Shown here piece after piece: positions 14,068 through 20,559 of a stretch of 24,000 nt of DNA. The position numbers and the translations under genes were made by a program. The notes beneath the pieces were generated by a model, which was not told the DNA's origin, searched no databases, and saw only the letters and a list, made by a program, of their open reading frames with translations. This stretch comes from Caldalkalibacillus thermarum (lineage in GTDB: Bacteria; Bacillota; Bacilli; Caldalkalibacillales; Caldalkalibacillaceae), in NCBI RefSeq assembly GCF_014644735.1, contig NZ_BMKZ01000014.1, positions 28,966 to 52,965 on the forward strand. Reading direction: 5' to 3'. Every line of letters begins with the position of its first letter. Within the stretch, counting starts at the first letter, position 1.

Positions 14068-15044
14068 ATTCCCAACTCCTTATCCGTGATTTCGATAACC
14101 TCAATCCCCCGCATGTCTTTTAAACGCTCTTCAATGTCGTAACTGAACAACTCATGTGTAAACACCATGACTTCCTTGTCGTGCCGCTCCCTTTTCATCC
14201 TGTCCAACAACGCCAAATCGTTCATCATCAGATCGGCCACGTATTTTTCAGATTCCCCGCATCGAATGATGTAGGGATACACGCTTTTTAAATGATCATG
14301 ATTCTCTCTTGCTTCACCATGTTTTGTGATTAAATTCACAAGGTGTTGACTCCCTTGGTAATGCCTTAGATACTGACACGCAAATCCAAACGGCATCAGA
14401 CAGGCACTCGCCAGTACATGACTGTCCATCATGCCCAAAAATTCATCGTAACTCTTCACGCCTCTAAATAATATCAGGTTCCGACACAAGGGCACTTCCA
14501 TTGTGTTTTTTTCCGCTTCAAAAAGCACACGCCTTAAAGTGCTTTCCCGTGCTCCACCCTTGATGATGTACACAAAATATTCATTTCCATCACGGTCTAT
14601 GATGGAACCTTTGTACAAATCTCCCCGATTGGTACGGTACTTCTTCTTCAGTTCCCGTGAGTCGACAAACGTGTATCCACTGTCTTTCAACTCCACATAC
14701 AGGTCTACAAAATCCAGATAACTGTCCATGTTCTCTTTCTTGATATGCAAATCCTTAGCCTCTATTTCCTCATCACCTATTAACTGATGTTCCCGCAATA
14801 CCCTTAATCCCCTGTCTGTAATGTAATGCACCGCTTCTATCCTGCTTGCGTCCGATAAATGCCGTGCAATCTTCCTAGACCTTATCCACCCGCTGTTCCT
14901 CATGATATATAGCTTGCGATAGGTATACGCTTCATGCTCCCCAAAATACAACCGCCTAATCTGCTCCCCGTTCATTACCCTAAACCTGTATAAATCTCGC
15001 AATATCCCCAAATCCCGCTCCGTCACCTGCTTGATTACCTGCAT
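14061..15044 (-). CDS. Replic_Relax (replication-relaxation) family protein, 327 aa
   Basis: Track ORF 14061..15290 starts at an RBS-less GTG. ATG 15044 follows AAAGGGGAGAAGTG. The N-terminus VTERDLGILRDLYRFRVMNGEQIRRLYFGEHEAYTYRKLYIMRNSGWIRSRKI...VHYITDRGLRVL fits the winged-helix pattern I associate with that family. Confidence 0.6.
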   Translation of the reverse strand: MQVIKQVTERDLGILRDLYRFRVMNGEQIRRLYFGEHEAYTYRKLYIMRNSGWIRSRKIARHLSDASRIEAVHYITDRGLRVLREHQLIGDEEIEAKDLHIKKENMDSYLDFVDLYVELKDSGYTFVDSRELKKKYRTNRGDLYKGSIIDRDGNEYFVYIIKGGARESTLRRVLFEAEKNTMEVPLCRNLILFRGVKSYDEFLGMMDSHVLASACLMPFGFACQYLRHYQGSQHLVNLITKHGEARENHDHLKSVYPYIIRCGESEKYVADLMMNDLALLDRMKRERHDKEVMVFTHELFSYDIEERLKDMRGIEVIEITDKELGIC

Positions 15045-15186
15045 CACTTCTCCCCTTTCACCATGGCTGTCTTGGCTGTGGTTTTTTCCTCCGGCTTTGC
15101 TCAGGCTCGACCCAAGGTCTCGCACCGCAAATCCGTCCGTCAAAACCACACTCCCTTCAAACCGAATGACTGCCTCCCAACACAAA

Positions 15187-15302
15187 ACCTTTACCGTAAA
15201 ATCGGGATGGCTGTCTGTGTTTACTCCGTCTACCTTTACGGTAGCCGTTCGTAAACACACCGTAAAAGAGAACACCTGTTCCGTTTGCACCTTTACCGTA
15301 AA
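15187..15302. repeat. array A: ACCTTTAC(C/G)GTA repeats built on the palindrome TTTAC-N-GTAAA
   Basis: ACCTTTACCGTAAA at 15187-15200 and 15289-15302. ACCTTTACGGTAGC at 15232-15245. An ACCGTAAA half-site at 15259-15266. Confidence 0.8.
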
Positions 15303-15359
15303 CCGTTTGGACAGAAACTCGATAAAAAACTGATATAAAAGCGATTGTAGCCCATCTTG

Positions 15360-15562
15360 TTCATGTCAACTTGACATGAATTCCTTTGTTTGGAGCTTCC
15401 GGCAAACCACTCCTTCTGATCCGCTTTAATATAAAAGGCATTTTTCGGTTACTAAAACACCGTTATTTGACATAAACCGCCCATGTCAAGTGGTCAACCC
15501 AGAAAATTAGGGGGTTCTTGACATGAAAAAACTCAATTTTAAGCCTTAAAAATCGTGTCAAA
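15360..15562. repeat. array B: TTGACAT(G/A)AA motifs, including a perfect 21 bp palindrome
   Basis: TTCATGTCAA-C-TTGACATGAA at 15360-15380. Further copies at 15467-15475 (TTGACATAA), 15482-15490 (inverted), 15518-15527 (TTGACATGAA) and 15555-15562 (inverted, degenerate). Confidence 0.8.
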
Positions 15563-15572
15563 TAGCACCGTA

Positions 15573-16295
15573 TCAGAACAAAGATTCTTTTAATTTTGGG
15601 TTCCTTTTTCTCGGAGACGGATCATCGTCATAGCCGTCATTATCTTTATCGTTTTTACCCAGACTGAGATTCAGCATGTGTTCTTCAAAAGTTGTTTCAT
15701 TTTCCTGAGTTTCTGCTATGGCAAGAGAACGGTTCCTTAGTTCCATAAGGTAATTGTTAAAAAAATCACCAGAATTACTGACTTCAAGCACATACATCTG
15801 CACCTTTTCTTTTTCTCCCCTAAGCCCTATTTCTGTACACGACAAGTAGCACCAATTATCATCGTGAACATAACCTCCCGACCGAAGGTTATCAATAATA
15901 AATTTCGTATATCGGTTATCAAGGTCACGAATGATGCGGTTTTTGAAATAATGCAGGATAAAGACATGAACCTGATCAAATACATGTTTTTTAGGAACGT
16001 GAAGATTGGCCAGATTAAAGGCATGTTGGTAAACACGCTTTACTTTGTTTCGTATGTTCATTTGTTCATCATAATGAGGCATCATCCCCGGATATTCAAC
16101 CAACAGAACGGGATAATCAAAATCTTCCTGCCATTCAACCTTGCATGGGATGACTTCTTTAATCTGCTCATAACGTTCTTTTGACTGCACATCCCGGTAC
16201 AGGAACCATTTCAGACCTTCCAACCAGCGTGTGTAAAGCTCTGTCCTCAACCTCTCAACCTGCTCAATCGCCTTTGGATAGGGCTTGTAAAACAT
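15573..16295 (-). CDS. RusA-like Holliday-junction resolvase domain protein with extended N-terminus (240 aa)
   Basis: ATG 16295 after AAAGGAGGAA. The core IRDLDNRYTKFIIDNLRSGGYVHDDNW matches the RusA signature (compare E. coli RusA [27 protein letters not shown]). The protein is roughly twice RusA length. Confidence 0.55.
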   Translation of the reverse strand: MFYKPYPKAIEQVERLRTELYTRWLEGLKWFLYRDVQSKERYEQIKEVIPCKVEWQEDFDYPVLLVEYPGMMPHYDEQMNIRNKVKRVYQHAFNLANLHVPKKHVFDQVHVFILHYFKNRIIRDLDNRYTKFIIDNLRSGGYVHDDNWCYLSCTEIGLRGEKEKVQMYVLEVSNSGDFFNNYLMELRNRSLAIAETQENETTFEEHMLNLSLGKNDKDNDGYDDDPSPRKRNPKLKESLF

Positions 16296-16309
16296 CTCGA
16301 TTCCTCCTT

Positions 16310-16537
16310 TGTCCGACACGTTTTTGCTTATATATCAAGGGTTGAACGGAAGTCTGTCCGACAAAATGAACAGATCGAACCGCCCGTTTTACAAGATGAA
16401 GACGTTTGTCGGACAGACAACCCGAAAACCATTGATATAAAGCCATTTGTTTGTCCGACAAGTAAAAATCCTTATTCTTCCATTTGTCAGACACATGTCC
16501 TGTTTTTGGCTTTATGTCAACGTTTTTGTGTCGGACA
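16310..16537. repeat. array C: six copies of the 9 bp palindrome TGTC-N-GACA
   Basis: TGTCCGACA at 16310-16318, 16355-16363 and 16452-16460. TGTCGGACA at 16407-16415 and 16529-16537. TGTCAGACA at 16485-16493. Spacings are 33-52 bp. The array fills the whole 245 bp gap between two genes. Confidence 0.85.
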
Positions 16538-16540
16538 ATG

Positions 16541-18001
16541 CTAACCAATGGTTTTGATGTTCTCCTGAGTTCGGGGCAAAGCCGATAAAATCGTTTTGGT
16601 GGCAAACTCAAATTCCCTTGCCGCCGTCTGGTCAATGTGAATTACCGGACGGCCGTAACGCATGGCCACCAAGTGAACGGGCAGGTCACTCAACACCAGA
16701 TCAGCGTTCATTCTCAAACGTTGTTCCTGACCTGACTCCAACACGTTGGGGACAAACCGGTTCAGTACCCTCAACAGACGCTTACCCTGCCATGCTTCCC
16801 TGTGCTTTTCGCATATCTTCTGATGGTGTATGTCCATGTCCTCCACATAGACCACCAGCACATTTTCCCAGTGCATGACCATGTTCCAGCGGTCAAAAGG
16901 CAGGTCAATCACCCGGTAATGTCCCTGATTGTCCATGTTTTCAAACGTCTCAATATGCAGGTTGGGATAACCCTGTACCTGCCCGTTTTTACCCACTGGC
17001 ATGTCCAGATATGTCCATAACGTGGTTTCTTCCTGAAAGCTGACCAGTTTGGTCAACGTCCCCTGTTTGCTTAAGGTTGCGGCCAGATTGAGTGCCACAT
17101 ACGTTTTGCCCGTGGTCAAGGGAGACGTGACGATAATGTTGTATCCCTGTGGTTCCTGCTGAGCAAAGCCTGTCATATTGGGGCTGAAGTGAAAGACAGG
17201 TTCATTTTTGTTTTTATCAGAGAACGAATGTATTTCTTCTTTAACCGCACGTTCGTCTGACTGAACGGTTTCTGCCGGAGTGTGAATCTGATGTTGGTTT
17301 AACCTGTTTTCATCATGCTCATTGGGCTTTTGGGCTTCAGATGGTGTTACCGGGACGGGTTCAAATGACCAAGCTTGCAGAGTGTCCTGTTTCTGTTGTG
17401 CCGGTTCCTGTTTATGCAACGGCTGATTTTCTTCTTTTCCAAAGGTAAAAGTCCATGCAGGGGGCTGGACGGAACTGTGGGGCTTTTGGCCGGGTTCCTG
17501 TGCCGTTTGATGATCTGTCTTTTTCTGAACCGGGTCTTTTTTCTTTTTCCAACCAAACCATGCCCATTTTGAGTGATTGGTGTCTCTGTCATTTCCCTCA
17601 TCCGTGTCCTCCACATCCCCTTTTTCCAACCGTTCAATTTTTTCTTCGGCCATGCCCAGTGTAGCCGGAAACTCGATGGCAAAACGGATTTTTTCTTCCG
17701 TCACCGGATCAAGAATATAGTCATATACCGAAAGTGGAAGCCATTTTTCCCTGATCTCCTTTGGCTTGGTATGACCAACAAGTACGACTACCCTGACACC
17801 GGCTTTCCTTAACTCGTACAAAAGCTGTTCAAAAGGCATGGTTCCCTGTAACAGGGGAGACAAAAAAGCCAGTTGTGGCCGGTTTTTCTTAAGTTGCAAC
17901 AATACCCCTTCACGATAGGCAACGGGAGGCAGGTTGCCGCCTGCCACCCTCTGGATCATCTGGTCAATCTCCTTTTTTCCCGTGGCAATGATGATGTGCA
18001 T
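16541..18001 (-). CDS. TadZ/CpaE-like protein: atypical receiver-like N-domain, Gln/Pro/Glu-rich linker, ParA/MinD-like C-domain with deviant P-loop
   Basis: ATG 18001 after GAGGGGGAA. The N-domain has a receiver-like layout (HIIIATGKK...LAFLSPLL...VVVLVGH...VYDYILDPVTEEKI) but lacks the acidic pocket and phospho-acceptor Asp. The C-domain NIIVTSPLTTGKTYVALNLAATLSKQG ... HYRVIDLP resembles the ParA/MinD/CpaE Walker A and B regions, with LTTGKT in place of GGxGKT. Confidence 0.5.
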   Translation of the reverse strand: MHIIIATGKKEIDQMIQRVAGGNLPPVAYREGVLLQLKKNRPQLAFLSPLLQGTMPFEQLLYELRKAGVRVVVLVGHTKPKEIREKWLPLSVYDYILDPVTEEKIRFAIEFPATLGMAEEKIERLEKGDVEDTDEGNDRDTNHSKWAWFGWKKKKDPVQKKTDHQTAQEPGQKPHSSVQPPAWTFTFGKEENQPLHKQEPAQQKQDTLQAWSFEPVPVTPSEAQKPNEHDENRLNQHQIHTPAETVQSDERAVKEEIHSFSDKNKNEPVFHFSPNMTGFAQQEPQGYNIIVTSPLTTGKTYVALNLAATLSKQGTLTKLVSFQEETTLWTYLDMPVGKNGQVQGYPNLHIETFENMDNQGHYRVIDLPFDRWNMVMHWENVLVVYVEDMDIHHQKICEKHREAWQGKRLLRVLNRFVPNVLESGQEQRLRMNADLVLSDLPVHLVAMRYGRPVIHIDQTAAREFEFATKTILSALPRTQENIKTIG

Positions 18002-18033
18002 ACAATTCCCCCTCTGCAATCATTTTTTGTTGC

Positions 18034-18324
18034 TTAAGGTGCGGTGCTGACCAAATCTTCAAGAATCTGTACAATTGTCGGGGCCAGCCAAACCAAGATA
18101 AAACCGAAAATAGCCATAATTAGAGTACCGCCTCCGGCTCCCCTCATACGTGACGAACCAAACAACATCCCCACAATCAGTACAATGCCACCTAATCCAA
18201 ACATCACTAGAAAGATTGGTACGCTGATCTGTTGCAAAAGATAGAAAAACTGCAAGATAACCCCAACCAACCAGTCCGTAAACTGCTCCAATGACATTGG
18301 TCTGATCTCAACATTGCGTTCCAA
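18034..18324 (-). CDS. small membrane protein (about 96 aa, 2-3 TM), possible TcpE/ConC/VirB2-position component
   Basis: Track ORF starts at GTG 18333, abutting AAGGAGGG. TTG 18324 has 9 nt spacing. Hydrophobic segments WLVGVILQFFYLL, VPIFLVMFGLGGIVLIVGMLF and LIMAIFGFILVWLAP. The functional role is inferred from size and context only. Confidence 0.55.
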   Translation of the reverse strand: MERNVEIRPMSLEQFTDWLVGVILQFFYLLQQISVPIFLVMFGLGGIVLIVGMLFGSSRMRGAGGGTLIMAIFGFILVWLAPTIVQILEDLVSTAP

Positions 18325-18922
18325 CGTATACACCCTCCTTGAAAAATAGATAACCCTGTGCCATCAACACGTTGCTGTCAGTCAGTTGTTCAAATTCCCT
18401 TTTGTCTTCCACCCCCTCCACGATAATTGACCTCTTTTCTTCCTGCAAAAACTTCTGACACCACTTTTGCTTAATCTCATCAACATGCACCTTGAATCCC
18501 GTCACATCCTGTTGTTTCCAAAAGCTGTATGTCCGTTCGGTCACGTCATCCACCCACACTTCCAGCCCCCTGCTTTTGAACTTCTCAATCAAGGAGGGAA
18601 TCCGGGCATATGCATTTGGTGGTTTTCCAGAGAGATTCCACTCCACAATTTCAATGCCGCCATCCCAGACAAAGGAAGACTCAGCCAGAAAGGGAAGGCT
18701 GTCCAATGTAATGTTGATCAGTTTTGGAAAAAAGGCCTGCATTGAAAGTGCCTTTTCAATGCAGACCCGTTCCCTGTCCCACAAAGCATATACATCAGTC
18801 ACATCAAAATACCGCCCAACACTCATACCCGTTGGACGGCAAAGATATTCTTCGTATACCGTTTCCCTTTGAGACAAATGGACAACAGGCTCCTTTGCCA
18901 TCTTAATCTCTGTTTTTACCAA
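18308..18922 (-). CDS. stand-alone minimal EAL-like domain protein (204 aa), probably degenerate
   Basis: TTG 18922 lies 7 nt after AAGGAGGGGA. EAL-domain landmarks appear in the correct order: INITL (N of NLS), IEIVEW (ExTE), GLEVWVDDVTERTYSF (DDFGTGYS region, degenerate), FKVHVD (KxD), IIVEGVEDKREFEQL (EGVE), AQGYLFFKE (QGYxF). The EAL triad position reads YAL, and the segment after it is shortened. Confidence 0.5.
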   Translation of the reverse strand: MVKTEIKMAKEPVVHLSQRETVYEEYLCRPTGMSVGRYFDVTDVYALWDRERVCIEKALSMQAFFPKLINITLDSLPFLAESSFVWDGGIEIVEWNLSGKPPNAYARIPSLIEKFKSRGLEVWVDDVTERTYSFWKQQDVTGFKVHVDEIKQKWCQKFLQEEKRSIIVEGVEDKREFEQLTDSNVLMAQGYLFFKEGVYVGTQC

Positions 18923-18942
18923 CAGATCCCCTCCTTAAAAAA

Positions 18943-20559
18943 TCAGTAGACAAATTGCAAATAAGGCATGGGATCAACCGGTGAACCGTTGATCCGCACT
19001 TCAAAGTGCAAATGAGGCCCCGTTGACCTGCCTGTACTGCCAACCGTTCCAATAATCTGACCCCTAAGAACATCATCTCCCACTCTTACTGATGTACTCC
19101 AAAGATGGGCATATAATGTTCTCAATCCTGAACCATGCTCAATCACCACGTAATTACCATAACCTCCGCCGCATGATTGATTGCCTTCACGACAATGGCT
19201 TACAACCGTGACCACCCTACCGCTTTCCGCCGCCACAACTGGTACATGACGGGGAGCGCCGATGTCCACGCCGTTGTGAAAACTTCTCTGTCCCGTTATG
19301 GGATGAACACGAGGGCCGAATGGTGACGTGATCCGGCTGTGACCGGGGACCGGCCACGCAAGCTGACCACTGCCTCCACCAACCGTCATAGTTTGTGATA
19401 AACTTAATACTCTGTCAGCATAGGCATAACTTCCGCCCGAATAACGATACAAGGCCTGACGTGGATCTTCATTGATACCCAATACTGACAGATAATAGGC
19501 CGCACTATAAATGGCATCAATCGGGTTGAACGGGTCAGCTTTGCCGTCCCCATCCCCGTCAATGCCATAAATGGCCCATGTAGAGGGAAGAAACTGCATT
19601 AACCCTTGAGCTAACTCTCCCGTCCGGTTGGGCGGCCCCACCGCATTTGGATTAAATGAAGACTCCACAAAGGCAACCGCTACTAGTATCATCCAGTCCA
19701 CATTGTATCTTTTCCCCGCATCCTGAAAGGCCTGTATCCATTCCGGCGGAAGATTGGAAAAGTCAATGCCTCCAATGTTGAGATAGTTTGAATAACCGGG
19801 CATTCCTATCAGAAAGCCAAAATGTTCATTTCCCGTTCCGGCGGAAAATGCCGTTTCTAAAATCAGCGTCCGGTCATCTTCACTGACCCGATCCATGTCC
19901 AGATAACGTTTGATCACATCATCCAGACGTTCGTAACTTTGTTTAAAATCAATGCCGGATACCACTTCCTGTGTAATTGTCACTTTGGTGTTATCCCATT
20001 CATACTCAACCGTTTCCCATTCATAGGAATAGAAATATGTTCCCCGAAAGGTGTCGGCAGTGACCAACAACAGAACCTCATCAACAACTGTCTCGGTTTC
20101 CACAACCTCTTCCTGTACAATAACCGTCTCACCCGTTTCATCCACTTCTTCCTTTTCAACAATCTTTTTTGTTTCAGTCACAATCGTAATGGTACTGTCC
20201 TTGTATTCAAACTTCGGAGCCAGTCTTTCAGCAAGCCTCCTGATATTGTTGTAAGGAAGCTCACCACTTCTTTCCAATTCGGCACTGTACAAGTCAACTG
20301 CATAAACAAGACCCCAGTGCAGTTTGTATTTTAATTCTTCGGCATTGTAGCTCTTTACACCCGGAAAAGCACTTTCCGCCGCTTCAAGATACTTTTGTCT
20401 CAAAGCCTCATCTTCTTCATTTGCTTCATTTGATCCGGTAAGATCACCCATCGCTACGTTGCCAAAAAATGCGGAAATGTAAAGAATGGGCAAACCTATC
20501 AGAATCCCAAATACAATCACCAAAACAACAACAACAATTCTGAGCCGTCTATTCCTCAT
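18943..20559 (-). CDS. membrane-anchored bifunctional cell-wall hydrolase (SLT lytic transglycosylase + M23 peptidase), T4SS-associated
   Basis: N-terminal TM IVVVVLVIVFGILIGLPILYI. SLT motifs VAFVESSFNPNAV, GLMQF and AAYYL. M23 motifs HNGVDIGAP, GNYVVIEHGSGLRTLYAHL and GSTGRSTGPHLHFEV. Confidence 0.9.
   Translation of the reverse strand: MRNRRLRIVVVVLVIVFGILIGLPILYISAFFGNVAMGDLTGSNEANEEDEALRQKYLEAAESAFPGVKSYNAEELKYKLHWGLVYAVDLYSAELERSGELPYNNIRRLAERLAPKFEYKDSTITIVTETKKIVEKEEVDETGETVIVQEEVVETETVVDEVLLLVTADTFRGTYFYSYEWETVEYEWDNTKVTITQEVVSGIDFKQSYERLDDVIKRYLDMDRVSEDDRTLILETAFSAGTGNEHFGFLIGMPGYSNYLNIGGIDFSNLPPEWIQAFQDAGKRYNVDWMILVAVAFVESSFNPNAVGPPNRTGELAQGLMQFLPSTWAIYGIDGDGDGKADPFNPIDAIYSAAYYLSVLGINEDPRQALYRYSGGSYAYADRVLSLSQTMTVGGGSGQLAWPVPGHSRITSPFGPRVHPITGQRSFHNGVDIGAPRHVPVVAAESGRVVTVVSHCREGNQSCGGGYGNYVVIEHGSGLRTLYAHLWSTSVRVGDDVLRGQIIGTVGSTGRSTGPHLHFEVRINGSPVDPMPYLQFVY

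Noticed and set aside
15045-15290. 82-codon N-terminal extension of the Replic_Relax ORF running through array A
   Set aside because: It starts at a GTG without a convincing RBS. The internal ATG 15044 has a strong RBS and gives the family-typical N-terminus. The open frame is probably a by-product of the repeats, whose TTTACGGTA units read as in-frame FTV.
15360-15562. TTGACA-containing motifs as ordinary -35 promoter boxes
   Set aside because: I checked each copy on both strands. The best -10-like hexamers (TACAAT, TAAAAT) sit only 14 nt away, too short for sigma-A promoters. The motif extends beyond the hexamer (TTGACATGAA) and forms a perfect palindrome.
15187-16537. Reading the three repeat arrays as a CRISPR array
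   Set aside because: The units are only 9-14 bp, are palindromic or mixed in orientation, and are irregularly spaced. No 25-40 bp repeat-spacer periodicity or cas genes are present.
16264-16635. 123 aa minus-strand ORF spanning the TGTC-N-GACA array
   Set aside because: It overlaps the ends of both flanking well-supported genes. It is Arg/Lys-rich junk-like sequence with no RBS, and its openness is explained by the palindromic repeats.
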